Of a DNA stretch of 64,000 nucleotides, positions 9,423-19,078 are shown in pieces. The notes beneath the pieces were generated by a model. That model ran no database searches, had not been told where the DNA came from, and saw only the letters and a program-made list of their open reading frames with translations. Within the stretch, counting starts at the first letter, position 1. Each line of letters starts with the position of its first letter. The stretch lies in the NCBI GenBank assembly GCA_947085185.1, contig CAMTVK010000006.1, positions 1 through 64,000 of the forward strand, written 5' to 3'. The DNA is from Candidatus Fraserbacteria bacterium (lineage in GTDB: Bacteria; Bipolaricaulota; Bipolaricaulia; RBG-16-55-9; DRXL01). The translations under genes were made by a program, and so were the position numbers.

Positions 9423-11450
9423 ATGCGCTTTCTCTTAGCAGTCGTGATGCTCTTTGGGCTCTCTGAGCTTGCTTACGCTCAAATACGGCTTGGAGAGCCC
9501 CAATTGGCATGGTACACGCTCCACACCGAGCACTTTCGCGTGACCTTCCCGGTGGGCTTGGAGGGCTTGGCCCAAGAGGCTGCTGTCGCCGCCGAAGACG
9601 CATATCAATATCTGTTCGCTCAGTTTGGCTACGCCCCTTCAGAAAAGCTCGATATTGTGCTCTGCGACGCCACGGATACGGCGCACAGAGAGTTGGAGAT
9701 CTTTCAGGACAGAATCACGATCTGCGTCGCCCAGGGGGATGTGGCGGAGCGCTTCAATCCCAAGTTTCCCAGTTGGGTGCAGCAGAGCGTCGTTGCGCTC
9801 TATGCGCAGCTGGTGAGCGCTGATCTTGTCTTTGGGGTTTCTGAAGTCTTGCGCCCGCTGCTGGGCAAGCTCGTCCTGCCCAACTTCAAATCTCAAGAGC
9901 TGCTTGAAGGCATTGGCGAATATCTTGCCGAAGAAGCCCTGAGCACTCCCCCGGATGTGCGCCCTGGGATCGGGGGAGAGCATTGGGTGGTGCGCTATCT
10001 GGCAGAGCGCTTTGGGTCTGATTTTCTCAAGGCATGGCATCAACTCCAAGCAAACGATCCCAAGGCTGCTCTCACGTTTGGGCTGCTGAGCGACCGCGAC
10101 CGAATCCTGCGCCGCTTGACCGGGAAATCTTTTGCCGAGATTTTTACAGACTTTCACATCTGGCTACGCGAGAAACTCCCCACCAAACAGACCATCAGCT
10201 GGCCCTCCCCGCCGTCCACTGTGAAGATTAAGCGCGACGTCCAAAAGAGCTCGTATCTCTACGGCGATCTCTATCTCTACGATCCCGTGACCAAGCGCGA
10301 GACGCGCCTTACGGAAGGCGCCCGGATCTATCGCGCCGTGCCCTTCCCCAATGGACAGAAGATCTTAGTAGCCCGCTATCGCTGGGGCGATCAAGGGCCG
10401 ATCTTAGCGATCTTCGACCTCAAGACAAAACAGATAGAGACGCTCAAAGAATTTCCCTTGCACGACTACTTTATAGATTCGTTCGCGATCTCGCCTGACG
10501 GCGAAACAGTTGCGCTTTCGATCTGGCGGCGCGGCGGGTTCCAAGATATCTATCTACTCTCAGCCGTCAGCTGTCAGCTGTCAGCTGATAGCTGTACGCT
10601 GACAGCTCTTACCCGTGACCGCGCAGTCGATCTCTCCCCGACGTTCTCGCCTGACGGGCACTTCGTGCTCTTCACGTCAGATCGTGATGGAAGCTTTAAG
10701 CCCTATGCGTATAGACTCTCCGACGGCGCGTTCTTTGCAGTGACGGATGCACTCGACCCTCAGAGTTGGAAGCCCGTACAGATCGAACCTGAGCCGTTTC
10801 CCCCTTGGGACGGCTTCCCCGACACAGAGTACCCCATCATGCCCTACGACCCGCGCCCGTCATTAGCACCAAAGATTCTTGTTCCCTGGCCTAGCCTAAG
10901 CAGCATCAGTCTGCTCACGTTCGGAAGCGACGCCCTGCGAGAGCATCGCTATAGCGTGTGGTTGGGCTTCAACTGGAAGACGCTTCAGCCCTCATACTCT
11001 GTGCGCTACGAGAACCGTGTGCTCTTGGCGTCGTTGGAGGCGCTTCTTGTCCGAGATGGCCTCACGGCCCATCAGGCGGTGACCGCGACGCTGCCCCTCG
11101 CCACGAGCTTAAGCACACACCAGAGCCTATCGCTCTTCTACCGCCGCGACGAAGCAGCGCTTATAACTCATCAGATTGGGCTGGGGTGGCGCGGGAGTTG
11201 GAGAGTTTTTCAGAACGAGCTTGAGATCTCTCTGTGGGCAGTGACGCAGACCCGCACGGGCCAGCGCATCTGGGAGAACAGTGTAGGCTGGCGCCTGGGC
11301 GTGACTGCTGAGCTGAGCACATATATAAAAATGCGCATCTTCGTGGAGAGATCAGGGCAGCTTGGTGCAGAGCTCACTCTGCTGCCCGATGAATTAGTGC
11401 GCCTAGGTGTCCTGTGGGATGCGCAGAGCATACGATTTTATCTTCGCTGA
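9423..11450 (+). CDS. Shortened paralog of the 3754-6507 propeller/Omp85-like protein lacking the HExxH motif
   Basis: Collinear shared motifs (TEHF, GDLYLYD, RLTEGAR, ALSIWRRGGFQDIYLL, FSPDG, DPQSWKPV); HELLH replaced by ALYAQ. Confidence 0.75.
   Translation: MRFLLAVVMLFGLSELAYAQIRLGEPQLAWYTLHTEHFRVTFPVGLEGLAQEAAVAAEDAYQYLFAQFGYAPSEKLDIVLCDATDTAHRELEIFQDRITICVAQGDVAERFNPKFPSWVQQSVVALYAQLVSADLVFGVSEVLRPLLGKLVLPNFKSQELLEGIGEYLAEEALSTPPDVRPGIGGEHWVVRYLAERFGSDFLKAWHQLQANDPKAALTFGLLSDRDRILRRLTGKSFAEIFTDFHIWLREKLPTKQTISWPSPPSTVKIKRDVQKSSYLYGDLYLYDPVTKRETRLTEGARIYRAVPFPNGQKILVARYRWGDQGPILAIFDLKTKQIETLKEFPLHDYFIDSFAISPDGETVALSIWRRGGFQDIYLLSAVSCQLSADSCTLTALTRDRAVDLSPTFSPDGHFVLFTSDRDGSFKPYAYRLSDGAFFAVTDALDPQSWKPVQIEPEPFPPWDGFPDTEYPIMPYDPRPSLAPKILVPWPSLSSISLLTFGSDALREHRYSVWLGFNWKTLQPSYSVRYENRVLLASLEALLVRDGLTAHQAVTATLPLATSLSTHQSLSLFYRRDEAALITHQIGLGWRGSWRVFQNELEISLWAVTQTRTGQRIWENSVGWRLGVTAELSTYIKMRIFVERSGQLGAELTLLPDELVRLGVLWDAQSIRFYLR
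10560..10607. repeat. Palindromic heptamer repeat (TCAGCTG units) inserted in frame in the CDS
   Basis: tcagccg tcagctg tcagctg tcagctg atagctg tacgctg acagct; arms are near reverse complements; absent from the paralog at the same position. Confidence 0.75.
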
Positions 11451-11464
11451 GTCGGGCTTCCCCC

Positions 11465-11493
11465 TTGCAAGAGATGCGATTTTTTGCGATAAT
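11465..11493 (+). promoter_or_regulatory. Sigma70-like promoter of rpmB
   Basis: TTGCAA-17 nt-GATAAT; SD GAGGTG before ATG 11511. Confidence 0.6.
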
Positions 11494-11510
11494 TGCTCAG
11501 AGGTGAAACT

Positions 11511-11699
11511 ATGGCCGCATGTGCAATCTGTGGGAAGACGACCAAATTTGGCAAACAAGTGAGCTTCGCTGGCAACCGTAGCAATCGCGCGTTCAAACCC
11601 AATCTCCAGACCGTGCGAGCCGTCGTTGACGGCAGAACGATGCGCCTCACTGTGTGCACCCGGTGCCTCAAAGCCGGGAAAGTCCAAAAAGCCCTGTGA
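11511..11699 (+). CDS. rpmB: 50S ribosomal protein L28 (zinc-ribbon type)
   Basis: CAICGK...FKPNLQ...VCTRCLK motifs. Confidence 0.95.
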   Translation: MAACAICGKTTKFGKQVSFAGNRSNRAFKPNLQTVRAVVDGRTMRLTVCTRCLKAGKVQKAL

Positions 11700-11763
11700 T
11701 TTGAATTGGCCACGCCAAATATAGTAGGCTAGAGGGAGAACATTTTGAGGGAGGACGATACTC

Positions 11764-14406
11764 ATGACAGAGAAGGGCCGTATCTGGCTGACCATCGGGG
11801 TGCTGGTCGTCATCGGGATAGCCATACTCTTGATTGCCCAACCGTGGCAACAGCAAGCACCCCAGCCGCCTCAGGTGACCCAGCAACCACAACCGACCCC
11901 AGGACCTACACCACCATCACCGCAACCGACACAACCCTCTCCACCGGAACAGCCACCGCCACCACAACCGACCCCACCAACGGAGACGCTCACCCCCACT
12001 CAACCTGAACCCCCTCCGGAAGAGACCCAAGTGCAGCCGCCTCCGGGGCTCATCAGGGAAGTGGTCTTCGTCCAGGAGCCCGATCAAGCCAAAGTCATCG
12101 ATATGCTCACGGCGGGCCAGCTGGATCTCTACGCGTTTGGGATTCGCGACCCAGAGCTCGCCCGCAAGGTGAAAGCTTCGCCCGTTTTGGGGTATGAGAC
12201 CTCCTACGGTGGGTCCGCAGAGCTGACGCTCAATCCCGTCGGGCCGACGTTCAAGACTGGAGCTCTCAATCCCTTCTCTGTGCCGGCGATCCGCGAAGCC
12301 CTCAACTGGCTCGTCGACAGAAGCTATATCGCTCAAGAGATCTACGGCGGTCTGGCCGTCCCAAGATATCTTCCCATCAACACGATCTTCCCCGATTATG
12401 CGCGCTTAGCGCACGTCGCCAAAGCATTAGAAGCGTACTATGCCCCTAACCCCGAAAAAGCTAAAGACGTCATCACCCAAGAGATGCAGAGGCTCGGTGC
12501 GGAGCTCAGGGACAACAGATGGTACTATAACAACGAGCCAGTCAAATTGATCTTTATCATTCGCACAGAAGATAAGCGTCGCGAAGTGGGCGATTACGTC
12601 GCCACACTCTTAGAGAACTTAGGGTTCACCGTAGATCGCCAGTACAAGACAGCCGCAGAAGCTTCTCCCATCTGGATCGGCAGCGACCCTGCAGACGGCA
12701 AATGGCACCTCTACACAGCGGGCTGGATCTCAACAAGTGTCGACCGAGACTTGGCCGGCAACTTTAACTCTTACTACACGCCGCGCGGGCGGCCCGATCC
12801 CCTCTGGCAGGCGTATAAACCCGAACCAGAGTTCGACGAGGTTTCCGACCGCTTGGGCCGACGCGATTACAAAAGTATCGAAGAGCGCCAAGAACTGATG
12901 GAAAAGGCGCTGCGTCTGGCGATGAAGGATTCGGTGCGGGTCTGGCTTGTGGATACTATTGACATCTGGGCGCGACGCGCCGAGGTGCGCTTAGCTTCAG
13001 ACTTAGCTGGAGGGATGTCCGGCTCGGCACTGTGGCCGTTCACGCTGCGAGTTGAGGGCCGCCAAGCCGAGAAGCTCGTCTGGGGCGTGCCAAGCCTCAT
13101 GACCGGGCCGTGGAACCCCGTCGCGGGCACCAACTGGATCTTCGATATGATGATCATCCGCGCGACGATCGATTCTGCGACCCTGCCCGATCCGTTCACC
13201 GGGCTCTACTGGCCCCAGCGCGTCAAATCCGCAGATGTCTACGTCCAAGAGGGCATCCCCGTCACTAAGACCCTCGATTGGCTTACGCTCACATTCCTCC
13301 CAGAGATCAAAGTCCCTGAAGATGCCTGGGCTGACTGGGACCCGGTCAAGCAGCGATTTATCCCTGTGCGCGAAAAGTACCCCAACGGGGTGACGGCCAA
13401 GACTAAGACCGTCGTCTTCTATGACGAGAATCTCTTCAAGATGAAGTGGCACGACGGCTCGAGAGTCTCTCTGGCAGACTTTGTGCTCGGCTTCATCCTC
13501 TCGTTTGAGCGGGCCAAGTCCGAAAGCCCCATCTACGACGAGGCGGCTGTCTCGTCGTTCGAGTCGTTCATGCAGCACTTCCGCGGGCTCAAGATCATAC
13601 AGAAAGACCCATTGGTCGTTGAGGTCTACAGCGATCTTTTCTACCCCGACGCCGAGTGGATCGCCAGCTCGCGCGCGGATTACCTGTTTACTTCGACGCC
13701 CTTGCAAGCCCTTGCGATCGGCATCTTAGCCGAGCAGAACAAAGAGCTCGCGTTCTCCGCGGCGAAAGCCGATAAGCTCAAAGTCGAGTGGTCCAGCTAC
13801 ATCGCCGGGCCGGCGCTGGCGATCTTAGAGAAATACCGCACCCAAGCGTTCGAGCAGGGCTTCATCCCATATGAGAATACTCTCAAAGAGTTCATTACTC
13901 CCGAAGAAGCCAAAGAGCGCTATCAGCTTCTTGGCGCATGGTACAATGCACACAAGCACTTCTGGGTAGGCCAAGGACCGTTCTATCTCGACTCCGTCTA
14001 CCCTGTGGAGAAGAACATCGTCATCAAGAGATTTGCGGATTTTCCAGATTCTCCTGAGAAATGGCTGCGCTTCAGCGAGGCGCGCATCCCGGAAGTGAAC
14101 GTCACCGGGCCGGTCCAAGTGCAACTGGGAAGCTCCGCGACCTTCGACGTCGAGGTGACCTTCAAGGGCGAGCCCTACGCCGTCAAAGACATAGACTTTG
14201 TGAAGTTCTTGATCTTTGACGCGCAGGGCCAACTTGCTCTGGTGGGCGAGGCCCAAGTCGTCAGGGACGGCCTCTGGCAAGTCGTGCTCAGCCCGGAGCA
14301 GACGGCCAAGCTTGCCGCCGGGGCCAATCGCCTCGAAGTGATCGCGGTCTCGAAGCTCGTCAGCATCCCTGTGACATCCGAAGCGACGTTCGTCACAATG
14401 CAGTGA
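11764..14406 (+). CDS. Peptide/oligopeptide ABC transporter substrate-binding protein (large, family 5), N-terminal TM anchor and Pro/Gln linker
   Basis: NPFSVPAIREALNWLVDR, KWHDG, GPFYL motifs; heads a permease-permease-ATPase-ATPase operon. Confidence 0.88.
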   Translation: MTEKGRIWLTIGVLVVIGIAILLIAQPWQQQAPQPPQVTQQPQPTPGPTPPSPQPTQPSPPEQPPPPQPTPPTETLTPTQPEPPPEETQVQPPPGLIREVVFVQEPDQAKVIDMLTAGQLDLYAFGIRDPELARKVKASPVLGYETSYGGSAELTLNPVGPTFKTGALNPFSVPAIREALNWLVDRSYIAQEIYGGLAVPRYLPINTIFPDYARLAHVAKALEAYYAPNPEKAKDVITQEMQRLGAELRDNRWYYNNEPVKLIFIIRTEDKRREVGDYVATLLENLGFTVDRQYKTAAEASPIWIGSDPADGKWHLYTAGWISTSVDRDLAGNFNSYYTPRGRPDPLWQAYKPEPEFDEVSDRLGRRDYKSIEERQELMEKALRLAMKDSVRVWLVDTIDIWARRAEVRLASDLAGGMSGSALWPFTLRVEGRQAEKLVWGVPSLMTGPWNPVAGTNWIFDMMIIRATIDSATLPDPFTGLYWPQRVKSADVYVQEGIPVTKTLDWLTLTFLPEIKVPEDAWADWDPVKQRFIPVREKYPNGVTAKTKTVVFYDENLFKMKWHDGSRVSLADFVLGFILSFERAKSESPIYDEAAVSSFESFMQHFRGLKIIQKDPLVVEVYSDLFYPDAEWIASSRADYLFTSTPLQALAIGILAEQNKELAFSAAKADKLKVEWSSYIAGPALAILEKYRTQAFEQGFIPYENTLKEFITPEEAKERYQLLGAWYNAHKHFWVGQGPFYLDSVYPVEKNIVIKRFADFPDSPEKWLRFSEARIPEVNVTGPVQVQLGSSATFDVEVTFKGEPYAVKDIDFVKFLIFDAQGQLALVGEAQVVRDGLWQVVLSPEQTAKLAAGANRLEVIAVSKLVSIPVTSEATFVTMQ

Positions 14407-14434
14407 ATGTAGGGTGAGGGCTCTAGAGCACACT

Positions 14435-15517
14435 ATGACGGATACTATCAGGAGGGTCGCTACATACACGGTCTACCGTGTGGTCGCCCTCGCCCTCACC
14501 GTTGTCGTTGGGGTGTACCTGGCCATACTCATTGCTAACATGGGCGGCTACGTAGACCAGATCCGCAAGGCCCAGATCGACGAAGACGTCGGGGCCTCGG
14601 TGCTAGGAGATCGTACGTTGCAGAGCCTGCCCCCCAGCGAGTTGCGCCGCATCATTGACCAGCGCCGAGAGCTCGAATATAAGCGCTTGGGATTGGACAA
14701 GCCCTTCATCATGCGCAGCTTTTCGTATCTATGGGACGCGCTGACCCTGAACCTAGGGCGCGCCGAGCAGCTCTCCAGCGACTCTGGGTCACGCCAGGTG
14801 AGACTCATTCTGTTAGAGCGACTGCCCGCGACGCTCTTGCTCTTTGGCACAGCCAATCTCTTGCTGTTCTTCGTGTCGCTCTTTGCAGGGTTGTGGCTCT
14901 CCCGACGCTACGGAGGATTTTTGGACAAATTCGTCATCGCCATGACCCCCACGTCTGCAGCTCCCGCGTGGTTCTACGGGATCTTCCTCATCTTGATCTT
15001 CGCGTCGCTCTTAAAAATTCTGCCCTTTGGGGGCATGGTCGAAGCCCCTCCCCCAAAAGACAGACTGCTCTATGCGCTGAGCGTCCTCAAGCACATGATC
15101 CTGCCCACCTTGGCCCTATGGCTCAGCTCGATCTTTCTCGCGATCTACTCCCGACGTACGTTCTTTCTTATATTCGCTAGTGAAGATTATGTCGAGATGG
15201 CGCGGGCCAAGGGGCTGCCCTCAGGGATCATCGAGCGCCGCTATATTCTGCGTCCGACCCTGCCCACGATCATTACGCAGTTTGCGTTTTTATTGATTGG
15301 GCTGTGGGGCGGGGCGATCATCTTAGAGACGGTCTTCAACTGGCCGGGGATCGGGCGCCTTACCTTCCAAGCCATCGGCCTGTACGACACCCCGGTCATC
15401 ATCGCCTCGACCGTGATCTACGCGTATCTATTAGCGCTCACTGTCTTTCTGCTCGATATTATCTACGCGTTGGTAGACCCGCGCGTGAGGGTGGGCGCGC
15501 AGGGGGGGGCGATGTGA
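14435..15517 (+). CDS. Peptide ABC transporter permease (OppB/DppB-like)
   Basis: ERLPATLLL, EDYVEMARAKGL (EAA loop), ETVFNWPGIG, YALVDPRVR; GTG 14414 is an alternative start. Confidence 0.92.
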   Translation: MTDTIRRVATYTVYRVVALALTVVVGVYLAILIANMGGYVDQIRKAQIDEDVGASVLGDRTLQSLPPSELRRIIDQRRELEYKRLGLDKPFIMRSFSYLWDALTLNLGRAEQLSSDSGSRQVRLILLERLPATLLLFGTANLLLFFVSLFAGLWLSRRYGGFLDKFVIAMTPTSAAPAWFYGIFLILIFASLLKILPFGGMVEAPPPKDRLLYALSVLKHMILPTLALWLSSIFLAIYSRRTFFLIFASEDYVEMARAKGLPSGIIERRYILRPTLPTIITQFAFLLIGLWGGAIILETVFNWPGIGRLTFQAIGLYDTPVIIASTVIYAYLLALTVFLLDIIYALVDPRVRVGAQGGAM

Positions 15518-16875
15518 GCACCCTCCGTGCGGGGCTGCGTCAGCTGCGACAGTACCCCTCAGCCGTTGTCGGGCTGGGGGTCATCGCGAGCTTGATCGGC
15601 TTGGCCTTGCTCGCTGTGATCATCATCCCCTATGAAGAGGCGATCCAGCTCTGGCGCGGCGGCGAAGATATCTGGCAGGAGAGCCCGCGCTATGCCCAGC
15701 CGGCTTGGCTCAATCTCTTCGCTCCCAAAAAACTCCCAGAGACGATCGTCGTCAACACGCAGGAGACCTCTCAAAAAACTTCCCCAACCGAAATAGGAGT
15801 CCAACGGATCACAGCTCCTAAGACCCGCTCAGGAAGGACCATCACGATCTCCTTGGCGTTCGACTATGGCTTTGACGACTTCCCCAGCGAGATCACGCTC
15901 TTTCTTGGAGCAAAGTATACTGAGCTTCTGCCGTACGGCGTGTTGCGTTGGCGCACCCCTGACGGCCGGGAGATTGCTCTGGGCGCGCGCAAGCTCAAGG
16001 CCAGCGAGCGCTATAATATCTCTCAAGATGCGCGGCTGGAGCGCCAACTTGGGCAACTCCCTGAGATCGGACTCTTTGCTGCCCCAGGGCAAAAGACCCC
16101 CCTGCGAGGACGATATGAGCTCGCTCTTGAGGGCACGCTCTTCGAAGACACCTCAGATATAGATGCGAAGCTCGTCGTCTACGGCAAGGTCTACGGCCTT
16201 GCAGGGACAGATCATAAGCGACGCGATCTGATGGTCGCGCTGCTGTGGGGAGCTCCCGTAGCCTTGGCGTTCGGGTTCATCGTCGCCGTGGGGACGAGCC
16301 TCACAACCTTGATCATTGCGGCCATTGGGGCCTGGTATGGCCGGTGGGTGGACGCGCTCATCCAGAGAATCACTGAAGTCAATATCATCTTGCCCAGCCT
16401 GCCCATCTTAATTATCATCGGGACGTTCTACTCCCGCAGCATCTGGGTGATGATGGTGGCTATTACGGCGCTCTCGATCTTCACCGCGGGGATCAAAGTC
16501 TATCGTGCGATCTTCTTGCAGATCAAAGAGTCACCGTATATCGAGGCGGCGCGGGCGTATGGGGCGAGCGACCTGCGCATTATCATACGGTATATGGCCC
16601 CACGGATCATTCCCATCTTGGTGCCAGGGTTCGTCACGCTCATCCCGGGCTTGGTCTTCTTGGAAGCGTCGCTGGGACTGCTTGGGCTAGGAGACCCTGT
16701 TCTGCCCACGTGGGGCAAGGTGCTGAACGACGCTTCCAGCAACGGCGCCCTCTATAAGGGCTACTACTATTGGGTGCTGAGCCCATCCGTGATGTTGATG
16801 ATCACGGCTTTCGGGTTTGCCCTGCTTGGGTTTGCTTTGGACCGCATCTTCAACCCGAGACTGCGAGAACTATGA
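15514..16875 (+). CDS. Peptide ABC transporter permease (OppC/DppC-like)
   Basis: GTGA overlap start; GTDHKRRD, YIEAARAYGAS, PTWG, FNPRLR. Confidence 0.92.
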   Translation: MSTLRAGLRQLRQYPSAVVGLGVIASLIGLALLAVIIIPYEEAIQLWRGGEDIWQESPRYAQPAWLNLFAPKKLPETIVVNTQETSQKTSPTEIGVQRITAPKTRSGRTITISLAFDYGFDDFPSEITLFLGAKYTELLPYGVLRWRTPDGREIALGARKLKASERYNISQDARLERQLGQLPEIGLFAAPGQKTPLRGRYELALEGTLFEDTSDIDAKLVVYGKVYGLAGTDHKRRDLMVALLWGAPVALAFGFIVAVGTSLTTLIIAAIGAWYGRWVDALIQRITEVNIILPSLPILIIIGTFYSRSIWVMMVAITALSIFTAGIKVYRAIFLQIKESPYIEAARAYGASDLRIIIRYMAPRIIPILVPGFVTLIPGLVFLEASLGLLGLGDPVLPTWGKVLNDASSNGALYKGYYYWVLSPSVMLMITAFGFALLGFALDRIFNPRLREL

Positions 16876-17876
16876 GAGAGAAGACGGAAATCCAGAACAG
16901 GGCGACGACGGGACAAGTGCTCACCAGCCCGCTGCTGCGCGTCGAAGATCTCCGACTCTATTTTCGCACCACTCAAGGGGTCGTCCAGGCCGTTGATAAT
17001 ATGAGTTTTGTGTTGGAGCGCAATCAAGCCCTGGCGGTCTTGGGAGAATCTGGCTGCGGCAAGACGTCGCTTGCCCGAGCTCTCTTGAGAGTATTGCCGC
17101 GCAACGTCCACACGTATAGTGGGCGGATCGAGCTAGATGGCATAGATGTGATGTCCTGGAGCGAGGAGCGTTTTCGCAAAGAAGTGCGCTGGACTAAGAT
17201 CTCCCTCGTCGCTCAAGCTGCCATGAACTCTCTCAATCCCGTCTTAAAAGTTAGGGATCAAATCGCCGAGCCGTTGATGATTCATAAGGGAATGACCAAG
17301 CAAGAAGCATGGGCACGGGCGCGCCAGGCCGCGCAGCTCCTTGGCGTCCCCGGCGATTTTCTCCAGCGCTATGCGTTTGAGCTCAGCGGCGGGATGCGCC
17401 AGCGCGCCGTGATCGCTATGGCCTTGGTGACCAACCCCGATCTTATTATTCTCGATGAGCCCACGTCAGCTCTCGATGTGCTCACGCAAGCAAATATCAT
17501 GAACGTGCTCAAGAACATCAAGAAAGATTTCCAGAAGAGCTATATACTCATCACGCACGATATTGCGACGTCGAGCGAGCTTGCGGATTATGTGGCGATC
17601 ATGTACGCGGGGCAGCTGGTCGAATGGGGCTCAGCAGAAGAATTCTATCCCAATCCGCTCCATCCGTACTCGCAGAAGCTCATGGCCAGTGTGCCCAGAC
17701 TTCGGGAGGAGCGTAAGCTCGACTTTATTCCGGGACGACCGCCTAGTCTTATCAATCCTCCTAAGGGCTGTCGCTTTGCCGCACGATGCCCCTCGCGGTT
17801 CTCCCAGTGCGACACTGAGCCCCCTCTGATCGAGATGGGGCATGGGCGACGCGTCAAGTGTTGGTTATATACGTAG
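16872..17876 (+). CDS. Peptide ABC transporter ATP-binding protein (OppD-like)
   Basis: ATGA overlap; GESGCGKT, LSGGMRQR, DEPTSALD, Cys-rich C-terminal GCRFAARC. Confidence 0.95.
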   Translation: MREKTEIQNRATTGQVLTSPLLRVEDLRLYFRTTQGVVQAVDNMSFVLERNQALAVLGESGCGKTSLARALLRVLPRNVHTYSGRIELDGIDVMSWSEERFRKEVRWTKISLVAQAAMNSLNPVLKVRDQIAEPLMIHKGMTKQEAWARARQAAQLLGVPGDFLQRYAFELSGGMRQRAVIAMALVTNPDLIILDEPTSALDVLTQANIMNVLKNIKKDFQKSYILITHDIATSSELADYVAIMYAGQLVEWGSAEEFYPNPLHPYSQKLMASVPRLREERKLDFIPGRPPSLINPPKGCRFAARCPSRFSQCDTEPPLIEMGHGRRVKCWLYT

Positions 17877-17879
17877 ACT

Positions 17880-18848
17880 ATGCAAGAGACAGCACTCTTA
17901 ACAGTAAAAGATCTGCATACGCACTTTGAGCTGCGTCGTGGCGCGTTTGGGCGGGCAGGGGTAGTCCGCGCTGTGGATGGCGTCAGCTTTGAGCTGCGCC
18001 ACGGTGAAGCTATCGCGGTAGTGGGCGAGAGCGGCTGCGGAAAATCGTCGCTCGCTCGCACGATCTTAGGGCTCTATCGTCCTACCAAGGGCCAAGTGCT
18101 CTTCGAAGGGCGCTCCCTCGATGGCAACCTGCGATGGTATCGTGCTCAGATCGGCTACGTCCAGCAAGATCCCTATGGGGCGTTGCCACCGTTTATGGAT
18201 GTCCGTCGCATCTTAGAAGAGCCCTTGGCGATCAACGGCGTGGGCAACAAAGCAGAGCGAGAGCAGCACATCCGAGAAGTTCTAGAAGAAGTGAAGCTCA
18301 CCCCCGTCGAGGATTTTCTCACAAAATTTCCGCATCAGCTTTCGGGTGGGCAGCAGCAGCGCCTTGTCATCGCCCGAGCTATGATCTTGCGCCCCAAATT
18401 TATCGTCGCTGATGAGCCGGTCTCCATGCTCGATGCCTCCGTGCGCGTCGAGATTCTAGAACTGTTGCGGGGGCTGCAGCGCTCGCACAACCTCACGGTG
18501 CTCTATATCACACACGATCTCTCAACGGTGCGCTACTTTGCCGAGCGCATCTTTGTGATGTACGCGGGCAAGCTCATCGAGAAGGCCCCGGTGAACGAGC
18601 TCTTACAGAACCCGTTGCATCCGTACACGCAGGCGCTGCTTGCGGCCATTCCCGATCCTGATCCAGCCAACGCCAAGACGTTCAAGAAGATCCCCCCAGG
18701 GGAGCCGCCCAGCTTGGTCACCCCTCCACCGGGCTGCCGGTTCCATCCGCGCTGCCCGGCGTTCATGGCCGGACTCTGTGATCAAGAAATTCCCCCGGAG
18801 TTTGAGCCCTCTGCGGGGCACTTCGTCGAGTGCTGGCTCTATCGCTGA
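17880..18848 (+). CDS. Peptide ABC transporter ATP-binding protein (OppF-like)
   Basis: GESGCGKS, LSGGQQQR, DEPVSMLD, GCRFHPRC. Confidence 0.95.
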   Translation: MQETALLTVKDLHTHFELRRGAFGRAGVVRAVDGVSFELRHGEAIAVVGESGCGKSSLARTILGLYRPTKGQVLFEGRSLDGNLRWYRAQIGYVQQDPYGALPPFMDVRRILEEPLAINGVGNKAEREQHIREVLEEVKLTPVEDFLTKFPHQLSGGQQQRLVIARAMILRPKFIVADEPVSMLDASVRVEILELLRGLQRSHNLTVLYITHDLSTVRYFAERIFVMYAGKLIEKAPVNELLQNPLHPYTQALLAAIPDPDPANAKTFKKIPPGEPPSLVTPPPGCRFHPRCPAFMAGLCDQEIPPEFEPSAGHFVECWLYR

Positions 18849-19042
18849 TGAATCTGCTTACCCCGATGCGGCTCATCCTGATAGCGCTCGTGTTGCTCAT
18901 TGGAGGGGCGCTCTTGCCCTTCTTGATGGTCATACGAATCATAGAGCCCAGCTTCGCGTTGAGCTTCTTCTCGTATGCGATCTCGCTCATCGGCTTGGTG
19001 ACGGGGCTCCTTGGAGTGGCGCACTACGAGCGCAGACGTTGA
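18848..19042 (+). CDS. Small two-TM membrane protein (64 aa)
   Basis: TGATG overlap with the ATPase stop; two hydrophobic segments; basic tail. Confidence 0.7.
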   Translation: MNLLTPMRLILIALVLLIGGALLPFLMVIRIIEPSFALSFFSYAISLIGLVTGLLGVAHYERRR

Positions 19043-19078
19043 CTATCTGATATAATACATACCAAGGGAGACGAGAAT

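Noticed and set aside
11845..12045. CCA/CAA-rich quasi-repeat
   Set aside because: Explained by the Pro/Gln/Thr linker of the binding protein; not a CRISPR array or VNTR.
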